From Bacteroidaceae bacterium (GTDB lineage Bacteria; Bacteroidota; Bacteroidia; Bacteroidales; Bacteroidaceae): 64,000 bases of DNA. The translations under genes and the position numbers were made by a program. This document shows positions 10,720 to 22,350 of the stretch, in pieces; positions within the stretch are counted from its first letter, which is position 1; each line of letters begins with the position of its first letter. The stretch spans positions 26,463 to 90,462 of the forward strand of contig JAFYMP010000044.1 in assembly GCA_017556585.1 (NCBI GenBank), written 5' to 3'. The notes beneath the pieces were generated by a model. That model worked only from the letters and a program-made list of their open reading frames with translations. It was not told the DNA's origin and made no database searches.

Positions 10720-10727
10720 TAACTTTG
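10720..10727 (+). promoter_or_regulatory. -7 promoter box upstream of tRNA-Arg
   Basis: TAACTTTG ends 16 nt before the tRNA 5' end. Confidence 0.45.
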
Positions 10728-10743
10728 CGCATAATTATAAAGC

Positions 10744-10817
10744 GGCCCCGTAGCTCAGCTGAATAGAGCGTCAGATTCCGGTTCTGCAGGTCTTGGGTTT
10801 GAATCCCAACGGGGTCA
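10744..10817 (+). tRNA. tRNA-Arg (anticodon CCG)
   Basis: Hand-folded 74-nt cloverleaf. Acceptor GGCCCCG/CGGGGTC (one G-U), D stem GCTC/GAGC, anticodon loop TTCCGGT (U33, CCG, G37), T stem TTGGG/CCCAA, discriminator A. CCA is not encoded. Confidence 0.9.
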
Positions 10818-10866
10818 CTATGGTTAAACTAAGACAATAATTGTCCTATAAAATAGATAGAATAGA

Positions 10867-11904
10867 ATGAGTTACCTAATTGTACCAAAGAACTACAAAC
10901 AGTTGCTCACAATGAGACAGACTGAGCAAGGTATTAAACTTATTAAAGAGTTCTTCCAGCAAAACCTATCCACAGGTTTGCAGCTTCGCCGTGTTACCGC
11001 ACCTTTATTTGTGTTAAAAGGTATGGGTATAAACGACGATTTAAGTGGTAAAGAACGCGCTGTAACATTCCCTATTAAAGATTTAGGCGATGCGAAAGCA
11101 GAAGTTGTACACTCTTTGGCAAAATGGAAACGTTTAACCCTGGCTGAATATGACATCAAGCCCGGATATGGTATTTACACCGATATGAATGCCATACGTT
11201 CCGATGAAAGTTTAGGCAATCTACACTCTCTTTATGTTGACCAATGGGACTGGGAACGCACCATAACAGCAGAAGACAGAAACATTGATTTCCTGAAACG
11301 CATTGTTAGAAAAATCTATTCTGCAATGTTAAGAACAGAATATCTCATAAACGAAACATATCCGCAGTTAGAGCCATTCCTGGCACGCGAAGTATTCTTT
11401 ATTCACTCTGAGGAGCTAAGAAGATTATACCCTGATATGAGTGCAAAGGAGCGTGAAGATGCTATAACAAAAGAACATGGTACTGTATTCATAATGGGCA
11501 TAGGCGGTAATTTAGAAGACGGCAAACCACACGATTTGCGTGCCCCTGACTATGACGATTGGACCACACCAAATAGCGATGGTTTCTGTGGCTTAAACGG
11601 AGACCTGCTTGTTTGGAACTCTATTCTGGACCGTTCTATTGAATTGTCATCAATGGGAATAAGAGTAGATAAAAAAGCATTACTACACCAATTGGAACTA
11701 ACAGGACAAGAGGATCGCAAAGAGCTATATTTCCACAAAAAGTTACTGAATGGAGAACTACCGTTATGTATAGGTGGCGGTATAGGTCAGTCCAGACTGT
11801 GTATGCTCTTCTTGCAAAAAGCCCACATTGGAGAGATTCAGGCAAGTATTTGGCCGGAAGATCAGATTGCCGAGTGTAAAAAAGCAGGAATTGAACTTAT
11901 ATAA
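10867..11904 (+). CDS. asnA: aspartate--ammonia ligase (asparagine synthetase A)
   Basis: 345 aa. AsnA-like throughout ([23 protein letters not shown]). Confidence 0.93.
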   Translation: MSYLIVPKNYKQLLTMRQTEQGIKLIKEFFQQNLSTGLQLRRVTAPLFVLKGMGINDDLSGKERAVTFPIKDLGDAKAEVVHSLAKWKRLTLAEYDIKPGYGIYTDMNAIRSDESLGNLHSLYVDQWDWERTITAEDRNIDFLKRIVRKIYSAMLRTEYLINETYPQLEPFLAREVFFIHSEELRRLYPDMSAKEREDAITKEHGTVFIMGIGGNLEDGKPHDLRAPDYDDWTTPNSDGFCGLNGDLLVWNSILDRSIELSSMGIRVDKKALLHQLELTGQEDRKELYFHKKLLNGELPLCIGGGIGQSRLCMLFLQKAHIGEIQASIWPEDQIAECKKAGIELI

Positions 11905-11909
11905 TATCT

Positions 11910-12572
11910 ATGAAGGTAAAGATTGAAGAGAGTTGGGAGAAGGTTTTGCAGCCCGATTTTGAGAAGCCTTATTTTAAGGAACTGACAGATTTTGTCAGGT
12001 CTGAATATGCTACCACTACCATATACCCACCCGCTTCACTTATCTTCAATGCTTTCAATCTATGTCCGTTTGACAAAGTAAAAGTGGTAATAATAGGGCA
12101 AGATCCTTACCATGGTCCCGGGCAGGCGCACGGTTTATGTTTCTCTGTGAATGACGGCATTCAGTTCCCCCCATCGTTACAAAACATATTCAAGGAGATA
12201 AAATCAGATTTGGACATACCCATACCCACAAGCGGGAATCTTACAAGATGGGCAGAACAGGGCGTTCTACTTTTGAATGCTACACTTACTGTAAGAGCCC
12301 ACAATGCAGGTTCACACCAGAAAAAGGGATGGGAGACATTTACAGATTCTGTAATAAGAATTTTAGCAGAACAGAAAGAGAATTTAGTCTTTATTCTATG
12401 GGGAGCATACGCACAGAAGAAGGGAGCATTTATAGATAAAAATCGTCATCTGGTACTCTCATCTGCACATCCATCGCCACTATCGGCATACAATGGTTTT
12501 TTTGGCAACCATCACTTCAGTCTGACCAACAAATGGCTGACCGAACATAATCTAAAGGCTATAGATTGGTAA
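11910..12572 (+). CDS. ung: uracil-DNA glycosylase
   Basis: 220 aa. Catalytic motif [18 protein letters not shown] and HPSPLS. Confidence 0.95.
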   Translation: MKVKIEESWEKVLQPDFEKPYFKELTDFVRSEYATTTIYPPASLIFNAFNLCPFDKVKVVIIGQDPYHGPGQAHGLCFSVNDGIQFPPSLQNIFKEIKSDLDIPIPTSGNLTRWAEQGVLLLNATLTVRAHNAGSHQKKGWETFTDSVIRILAEQKENLVFILWGAYAQKKGAFIDKNRHLVLSSAHPSPLSAYNGFFGNHHFSLTNKWLTEHNLKAIDW

Positions 12573-15386
12573 TCAATACCAAGTTACTGCATTTGCAGAA
12601 CTTGAACGTTTCTTCAGCTTCAGCACATCTGACAGCATGGTGGAATTTGCACGTACTGTAAAGTTATAAGAGGTGTAAGGCGATAATACTACGCTGCATG
12701 ACATATTGAAGCAATGCAAATCGCGTGTGACGCTCATTGTTGTAGTAGTAAAGTCTTTATACACAAAGTCCCAACCGGACGAGAAGTTTATATTCCACTT
12801 ATTTGTAAGTTTCACATTACCCGATATATTCATATTCTGAGTGAATTTATAAGGGTAACGCATATTCTTTTCGTTAATTTTGGCCTTAGTATCTTCACGC
12901 ATTGTTATACCGTATGAGAACGACAACGACCAAGGCAGTGTATAATCCAAATAACCATCAGGATCTACGTTAGAAGAGCCCGCTGCACCCGAAGCTCCCG
13001 CCCTGCCGCTGTTTGTACCAGTCTGCAATTGAGCTGTCTCTGTAGTTTCTGACTCTTCACCCTCTTCCGGTTCTTCACCACCGTTGCGGAACTTCTCCCA
13101 CTTCTCTTTCCACTCTTTCAGCGTGTTATTAGAGAATGTATATGAGAAGTTTTGGCTCATACCCTGAAAACGACCAAAGCGTCCGTATGACCACTCTGTT
13201 CTATCGCCTACCACTACTCTGCCGGCATCGTTAAATTCGTATGCGTATGTAGCCCAAGTGGCATTCAGATTGAATGTATAGTTCTTAGTCAGTTTAATTC
13301 TGGTACGGGTACTCAGGTTACTCCAAGGCTTAGTTTTAGCAGCCATATTGTAAGATATAGAGCCACCCAATTCATCAATTACGCTCAATTTTTTGATACC
13401 GGTAGTATCTTTATCGGTACGAATTTTCATCTCTAAGTTATTCGATACGCTTAACGATATGCTTCCTGTCTTACCTTTTCTGGCATTACCATACATAGCA
13501 CCTTCAAATGGTGAATACTGTACAGTACGTACTTCACCTTGTTCATCGGTATATGTATAGGTATCGTAGAAGCCATACTTTTCTGCGCTGAAATCGGGCG
13601 CCATACTATAACTTACAGATGGAGTAAAGACGTGTCGGGCCATAATAAACTTATCGCCAAACAACTTTATCCACAACTGCGATGGTTGATAAAAACCATA
13701 CAGTTTTGTATTTGCCGATACGCTGAAGCTATAATCATAAACACGATTAAAGCCATAGACTGTATCGCGCTGCACTGCACCCTTTGTTTCGTCCCAAGAT
13801 TGATTAATCCTGTGGGTGTACCACCTTTCTGTGTAGTTAAATGATGGTGTTACATTTATATTTTTCAGGAACTGGAATGTGGCACTTACCGGAATAGAGT
13901 GACGCATACCGTTCTTCCAGTCTCTTACCAGACTTGTGTGAAGAATCTCGTTCTCTTTTGATACTATGCTGTTACTGAGTGTACCGCTATATGTAAACGA
14001 AATCTTTTCATACCACTTTTCTGCACCAGCCACTTTCTTGCGTTTGAACGGATAGATACGATTCAACGAAATAGACAATGAGGGCAGATTAACAGATAGT
14101 GTAGAGTCACGCATATTCTGCGACAAGTTCATAGAAGAAGATAGATTCAATCCTATTTTTGGAAAACTGCGAGAATAGCTTACACTTGATGTTCTGGTAC
14201 TCTGCGAAGTAAGAGCCGGATTATAGAGGCTGGTCAGGTTTGAACGTTCATAGCTTGAAGTTGCAAAATTCACACTTGCAGAGAAGTTACTGTTAGGGTT
14301 TGCCTTAGCATCCTGACGATGTGTCCAGCGTACCTTAAAATCTTTTGATTTGGAGTAGTCCGGCAGACCTTTTTCACCTAATATTGTTGTAAGAGAACTG
14401 ACATATACATTACCTGAATAACGGTATCTCTTTTTATATTTACTCTCTGCCGATACACCCCACGAACCTTTTGTAAAGACTTCTCCTAACAACTTTAAAT
14501 CAAATTTATCGGAAAGTGCAAAATAGTATCCACCATCTTTCAGATAGAATCCGCGTTCAAGTTCGTCACCGTAACTTGGCATTAGAATACCGGATGCATA
14601 ATCGCTTTCAGTAAATGGGAAGAATCCAAAAGGTATGAATAGTGGCAGAGGAACACCAAGTACTTCCAAATAAGCCGGTCCAAATACCACATCTTTTCCG
14701 GGACGTACCTTTGCACGGGTTATTCTAAGGCCAAAATGGGGATCTAAATGGTCTTCGCAAGTGGTATAGATACCATCCGATATAAAATACTCTCCATCAG
14801 GGCTCTTTTTAGCCTCTGTACTTGTCATATAGCCATCGCCCTGCTGAGTAATTATTTCATTTATATAGCCTTTTTCTGTTTTGAAGTTATAGCGTATATG
14901 ACTGGATTCGTAAGGGGTTGCTCCATCGGTAAAGACTGGAGCACCTATCCAGTTTCCGGTTGAATCTTTTACACCATCAGCATATACCAGGCTGCTATCA
15001 ACCTGCATTTTAATGATTTGAGCAGTCAAAGTAATGTTCTTGTATTCAATTTTACTGTCTCCAAATAGCGAAGCATATCCGCCCTTAGTCCAGATGGTGG
15101 AATCGCTCGATTCATATTTAACCGGAGCATCCAGCATATCTTTTTTCTTTTTAGGAACGGTATCTGTAGCTAAAGTATCTGCAGGAATAGAATCTGATAA
15201 GAGAGAATCTACAGGGAGTAATTGCAACACTGAATCAGCCGGAATGCGTAAAGAGGGAATAGATAAAGAATCCATTCTATTATCTTGCTGTGCGCTGACA
15301 GCAACCATAAAGAACAGTCCTATACAGGTAAGAATTATTGTTCGAATCTTATTTACCACCTCTTTATATATAATTACGCGTATCAA
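12573..15386 (-). CDS. LptD-like LPS-assembly outer-membrane protein (Bacteroidota type)
   Basis: 937 aa. Signal peptide, an OstA-like N-terminal region, then a long Y/F/S/N-rich beta-barrel-like sequence ending in an aromatic residue (TWY). Its stop abuts the ung stop with no spacer. Confidence 0.65.
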   Translation of the reverse strand: MIRVIIYKEVVNKIRTIILTCIGLFFMVAVSAQQDNRMDSLSIPSLRIPADSVLQLLPVDSLLSDSIPADTLATDTVPKKKKDMLDAPVKYESSDSTIWTKGGYASLFGDSKIEYKNITLTAQIIKMQVDSSLVYADGVKDSTGNWIGAPVFTDGATPYESSHIRYNFKTEKGYINEIITQQGDGYMTSTEAKKSPDGEYFISDGIYTTCEDHLDPHFGLRITRAKVRPGKDVVFGPAYLEVLGVPLPLFIPFGFFPFTESDYASGILMPSYGDELERGFYLKDGGYYFALSDKFDLKLLGEVFTKGSWGVSAESKYKKRYRYSGNVYVSSLTTILGEKGLPDYSKSKDFKVRWTHRQDAKANPNSNFSASVNFATSSYERSNLTSLYNPALTSQSTRTSSVSYSRSFPKIGLNLSSSMNLSQNMRDSTLSVNLPSLSISLNRIYPFKRKKVAGAEKWYEKISFTYSGTLSNSIVSKENEILHTSLVRDWKNGMRHSIPVSATFQFLKNINVTPSFNYTERWYTHRINQSWDETKGAVQRDTVYGFNRVYDYSFSVSANTKLYGFYQPSQLWIKLFGDKFIMARHVFTPSVSYSMAPDFSAEKYGFYDTYTYTDEQGEVRTVQYSPFEGAMYGNARKGKTGSISLSVSNNLEMKIRTDKDTTGIKKLSVIDELGGSISYNMAAKTKPWSNLSTRTRIKLTKNYTFNLNATWATYAYEFNDAGRVVVGDRTEWSYGRFGRFQGMSQNFSYTFSNNTLKEWKEKWEKFRNGGEEPEEGEESETTETAQLQTGTNSGRAGASGAAGSSNVDPDGYLDYTLPWSLSFSYGITMREDTKAKINEKNMRYPYKFTQNMNISGNVKLTNKWNINFSSGWDFVYKDFTTTTMSVTRDLHCFNMSCSVVLSPYTSYNFTVRANSTMLSDVLKLKKRSSSANAVTWY

Positions 15387-15411
15387 ACTGCAAAGTTATT
15401 CATAAATAATG

Positions 15412-15437
15412 AAAAACCACCGCAATTGGTGGTTTTT
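15412..15437 (-). terminator. intrinsic terminator after the GH2-HD operon
   Basis: AAAAACCACC / GGTGGTTTTT forms a perfect 10-bp stem with a 6-nt loop. On the minus strand it is followed by TTTTTCATTATTT. Confidence 0.7.
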
Positions 15438-15465
15438 CACTCTATCATTAACCATTTTTGGATAT

Positions 15466-16005
15466 TCAGAGAAACAAATTACACCATTCTCTAAAACGTT
15501 CAACACCCTCTACTCCAAACTTTGCAAGCGATTTTTCTGCTTGCTCCACACTTTTTTCTCTTTGTGGCGATGTTTTAGAAAAGAATTTATCGGCAAAACA
15601 TATTATCTTCTCTTCTATAGTTTGCGGCATATATTCTCTCTCTGTAGGTAGTGGCAAATCTTGTTCTACTATCTGATTAGCAGAAATTCCTGCACCGGTA
15701 TGCCGTTCACATACTAAAGCGTACGCATCCAGTCCCTCACTACGCAATATATCAGCACCTAAATAGCCATGGCAGATATATTTATGTTCTCCGTAACAAT
15801 GTATGGCGGGAGCATCGGTTAGAACTACTCCTATATCGTGCAGCATTGCAGCCTCTTCTACAAATGAAGCATCGGCACCTAATTCGGGATGATTTTTTAC
15901 TATCTGCAACGCCTTTTGCGCCACAGAGCTACTATGCAATACCAGCAACTCCTTTAGAGGGGAGTTGCCGGCACAGTATTTATCAATTATAGATTCCCAA
16001 AGCAT
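15466..16005 (-). CDS. HD-domain phosphohydrolase
   Basis: 179 aa with an HD signature (AAMLHDIGV, ERHTGAG). Starts 1 nt after the GH2 stop. Confidence 0.75.
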   Translation of the reverse strand: MLWESIIDKYCAGNSPLKELLVLHSSSVAQKALQIVKNHPELGADASFVEEAAMLHDIGVVLTDAPAIHCYGEHKYICHGYLGADILRSEGLDAYALVCERHTGAGISANQIVEQDLPLPTEREYMPQTIEEKIICFADKFFSKTSPQREKSVEQAEKSLAKFGVEGVERFREWCNLFL

Positions 16006-16006
16006 C

Positions 16007-19135
<3,129 letters not shown>

Positions 19136-19153
19136 TTATATTTTTCATTCCAT

Positions 19154-19185
19154 TTTGCGAAGATAGAAAAAAAATCTTATTTTTG
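19154..19185 (+). promoter_or_regulatory. candidate -33 TTTG / -7 TAnnTTTG promoter for the LRR surface-protein gene
   Basis: TTTG at 19154-19157 and TATTTTTG at 19178-19185, with a 20-nt spacer. This implies a ~200-nt 5' leader before the ATG at 19391. Confidence 0.4.
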
Positions 19186-19390
19186 CACATAAAATCAGAA
19201 CCTACTAACAGAAGTTTGCATATAATAAAAGTTTGTTTGCGTATAAAATTAGAATATAATAGTTTAAGGCAAGCAGTATATTCAAAACTGTAAATAACTG
19301 TCTATGTGATCGGACCAACATTTTCTCCGATGACACTGATTTTAAATTTAAAAGAAGTTTAATTATTAATGGATAAACATAACTAAAACA

Positions 19391-22000
19391 ATGAAAAAAA
19401 GATTGAGAACAATGCTCCTGGCCCTCGTGGCCATTATTATGCCCATCAAAGTCATAGGCCACGACTTCGAGGCGGGCGGTATCTACTATAACATCACCTC
19501 GGTCAAGGAGAAGACCGTAGAGGTCACCTACAGCGGAAGTTCACACTCTGAGGTTGCCGATGAGTACATCGGCGAGGTCATCATTACCGCTACGGTTACA
19601 CACGAGGACATCACCTATAACGTGAGGAGCATAGGAGATTGTGCGTTCTATGACTGCTCCTCACTAACCAATATCACCATCCCCAAGGGCGCTACGAGCA
19701 TTGAAAACCATGCGTTCTATAACTGCACCTCGCTCACCAGCATCACCATCCCCGAAGGCGTGAAGAGCATTGGAAACTGTGCGTTCTATGACTGCTCCTC
19801 ACTAACCAATATCACCATTCCCAGGAGCGTTACGCGCATTGAAAACACTACGTTCTCTGGTTGCTCCTCACTAACCAACATCACCATCCCCAGCAACGTA
19901 ACGAGCATTGGAAACAGTGCATTCCATAGTTGCAGTAGCCTCGCCAGCATTACCCTCCCCAGTAGGATGACGAAGATTGAGAACTATGCGTTCTATGGCT
20001 GCTCAGCACTCACCGATATACACTATTTGGATTCAGAAGAAAATTGGGAAAATATCAAAAAAGGAGATCTCCACAGCAACTCCCCCCTCACCAGTGCTAC
20101 CAAGCACTACTATGTAAACGGCTTCAATACCGAAGATGGAGCATACCTGCCCGCTACACTCAATACCGAGGGCTACTACGAGATAGAGAACGGTGGTCAG
20201 CTCTTCTGGTTTGCCAACCACATCAACACGATTGACAGAACAGCCAACGCAAAGCTAATAGCTGACATCAATCTCGAAAACAGAGCTTGGACTCCAATAG
20301 GCTCGACGGGTGAGACTAACAATAACTTCCGTGGACACTTTGACGGGCAAGGCTATACGATTGAAGGGCTTAACGTGAACGCAAATCGCGCAGGCGCAGG
20401 TCTTTTCGGAGAGGTCAGACTCGGCACGGTGGAGCACTTTACCGTCAAAGGTACTGTGAGTGTAACAGAAAATAGCGTAACCTACGTTGGCGGTGTCTTC
20501 GGCTCTGCTCCTGGCGCAAACTCTGACGCACCCGACCATAATGGTGCAACCATTCGCGATATTGTTTCCTACGTGAATGTATGCGTAGCGGACGGCAAGA
20601 CGGGCGTTGGCCGTATCGGTGGATTCATCGGATATGCCAACCACGAAACTGTCATCGAAAACTGTGCATGGTACGGCACGCTTGACCTTGGCAACCAGAC
20701 AATGACGCTCGGTGTAGGCGGATTCATCGGACGCGTCCACGAGAACTCCACCGTGACCATCACCAACTGTGCGGCCTACGGTAGCATCGTTAACGACAGT
20801 GTAACAGAGAATGTGGGCGCCTTCTTAGGATATAGTGGCACGAATACTGGCACCTTGCTTGAGAACTGTCTCTTTGCTGGCACCGTGTCGGGTGATAACA
20901 GCATAGCTGTCACTGCATTCGGAACCTGGAAAGCAGGAACGGAAATCCGAAACAGCTATTACGTCAACACCATCAGCACGGCATACACGGGGACCATTCC
21001 TACGGTTTCGGCTGTAGCCGTCACCACCGCCCAGCTCGCAAGTGGTGAAGTAGCCTATAATCTCGGCAAGGCGTGGGGACAGATTATCGGCACCGACAAA
21101 GAGCCAGTGCTAGGCGGTGCTGTGGTGTACTACGGCTATCTCTCATGTGCCAAGGATACCCAGAAAGAATATACCAACAATGCCGCTGGCGACGAGAAAC
21201 CTCATAGCTACGTGGATGGTTTCTGCACCGTGTGCGGACACATCAACACAGAGGGCAGCGTCATCATCCACGACGGCCAGCACACCGCGTTCACCATTGC
21301 CGGTGACATAGAGGTGACATCCCTCACCTACACCCGCACCCTGCCCAACCTGATGTGGAATGCGCTGTATGTACCATTTGAAATTCCATTAAGTGAATTG
21401 GCAGACGACTATGACGTGGCCTACATCAACGATATCCGCTCTTATGACAATGATGAAAACGGAGAAATTGATGATATGACAATGGAAATAATACGTATTA
21501 ATAATGGTACGTTAAATGCAAACCACCCATACCTAATACGCGCAAAGAATGAAGAAGCGCGGAATATGGAGATAGTGCTTAACGATGCCACACTATACAG
21601 CACTGAAGAAAATTCCTTTAATTGTTCATCAATGTATATGGAGTTCACTATAACCGGAACATATCAATCTCTAAGCGCAGAAGATTTAGAGGACAGATAT
21701 GCAATCTCTACCAGTGGTGCATGGCAAAAGCTAAGCGCAGGAAGCTCACTAAAGCCATTCCGCCTATATATGGAAATGACACCACGTGATGGTTCACCCG
21801 TAAAGGTGGAAGCTGCTGCACTTTCACGCATCCGTATCAATATGCAGGATGAAGATGGAAATACCACAGGGGTTGAAATTTTGGAGGCGCCACAGAGCAT
21901 AAACGATGCAGTTCTTTACGATTTATATGGTCGCAAGGTAACCACTCCGGTTAAAGGCGGCATATATATTAGTAACGGAAAGAAAGTAATAGTTAAGTAA
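19391..22000 (+). CDS. BspA-type leucine-rich-repeat / GLUG-motif surface protein with T9SS C-terminal sorting domain
   Basis: 869 aa with a signal peptide. About six 23-aa LRR units (IGNCAFYDCSSLTNITIP...). The GLUG-like region has FRGHFDGQGYTIEGL followed by repeated GG(F/V)(I/F)G. The C-terminus VLYDLYGRKVTTPVKGGIYISNGKKVIVK is typical of Por-secretion tails. Confidence 0.8.
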   Translation: MKKRLRTMLLALVAIIMPIKVIGHDFEAGGIYYNITSVKEKTVEVTYSGSSHSEVADEYIGEVIITATVTHEDITYNVRSIGDCAFYDCSSLTNITIPKGATSIENHAFYNCTSLTSITIPEGVKSIGNCAFYDCSSLTNITIPRSVTRIENTTFSGCSSLTNITIPSNVTSIGNSAFHSCSSLASITLPSRMTKIENYAFYGCSALTDIHYLDSEENWENIKKGDLHSNSPLTSATKHYYVNGFNTEDGAYLPATLNTEGYYEIENGGQLFWFANHINTIDRTANAKLIADINLENRAWTPIGSTGETNNNFRGHFDGQGYTIEGLNVNANRAGAGLFGEVRLGTVEHFTVKGTVSVTENSVTYVGGVFGSAPGANSDAPDHNGATIRDIVSYVNVCVADGKTGVGRIGGFIGYANHETVIENCAWYGTLDLGNQTMTLGVGGFIGRVHENSTVTITNCAAYGSIVNDSVTENVGAFLGYSGTNTGTLLENCLFAGTVSGDNSIAVTAFGTWKAGTEIRNSYYVNTISTAYTGTIPTVSAVAVTTAQLASGEVAYNLGKAWGQIIGTDKEPVLGGAVVYYGYLSCAKDTQKEYTNNAAGDEKPHSYVDGFCTVCGHINTEGSVIIHDGQHTAFTIAGDIEVTSLTYTRTLPNLMWNALYVPFEIPLSELADDYDVAYINDIRSYDNDENGEIDDMTMEIIRINNGTLNANHPYLIRAKNEEARNMEIVLNDATLYSTEENSFNCSSMYMEFTITGTYQSLSAEDLEDRYAISTSGAWQKLSAGSSLKPFRLYMEMTPRDGSPVKVEAAALSRIRINMQDEDGNTTGVEILEAPQSINDAVLYDLYGRKVTTPVKGGIYISNGKKVIVK
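19641..19818 (+). repeat. perfect 40-nt direct repeat inside the LRR array
   Basis: GTGCGTTCTATGACTGCTCCTCACTAACCAATATCACCAT occurs identically at 19641-19680 and 19779-19818. The 138-nt offset equals two LRR units. A third near-copy lies at about 19862. Confidence 0.9.
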
Positions 22001-22055
22001 AAACAGATAACAATAAGATATTAAGAGTATAAAACAAAAATAACTTTCAACAACT

Positions 22056-22172
22056 ATGCAAACAAAAGAGTATGTAAGCCCGGAAATCACAGTTGTAGAA
22101 TGCTGTGTAGAAAAAGGATTCGCAGTAAGTGAAATGCCTATCGACCGAAACGGATGGGGCGACCCGGCATAA
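22056..22172 (+). CDS. unlisted small ORF (38 aa), hypothetical peptide
   Basis: The ATG at 22056 reads MQTKEYVSPEITVVECCVEKGFAVSEMPIDRNGWGDPA and ends at TAA 22170-22172. It lies 56 nt after the LRR gene stop and 19 nt before a strong terminator. It is too short for the track. Confidence 0.3.
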   Translation: MQTKEYVSPEITVVECCVEKGFAVSEMPIDRNGWGDPA

Positions 22173-22191
22173 ATCAAACCTAACAATTATT

Positions 22192-22221
22192 GCAGGGAGC
22201 GGCACTATTGTCGCTCCCTGC
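22192..22221 (+). terminator. intrinsic terminator
   Basis: GCAGGGAGCG / CGCTCCCTGC forms a perfect GC-rich 10-bp stem with a 10-nt loop, followed by TTGTGTT. Confidence 0.6.
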
Positions 22222-22350
22222 TTGTGTTATTACAGAAGAACAGAACTATAACATAGTAAAGCAAAATCTTTAAGGTTATAACATTGAAAAAAGGATGAAA
22301 AATGTTATCTTTACGCACTAAATAAATATCATTAACAGAAATTACTAACA

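Noticed and set aside
15034-15676. Several 69-123-aa plus-strand ORFs around the lptD-like start and the HD gene
   Set aside because: They overlap the 5' end of the lptD-like gene, the terminator hairpin and the HD gene in antisense. Their low-complexity hydrophobic translations are typical of AT-rich shadow frames.
20255-20740. 161-aa minus-strand ORF, plus the neighbouring 20569-20766 and 20033-20221 ORFs
   Set aside because: They lie antisense within the GC-rich core of the LRR/GLUG gene. Elevated GC suppresses stop codons on the opposite strand, and the translations have no recognisable features.
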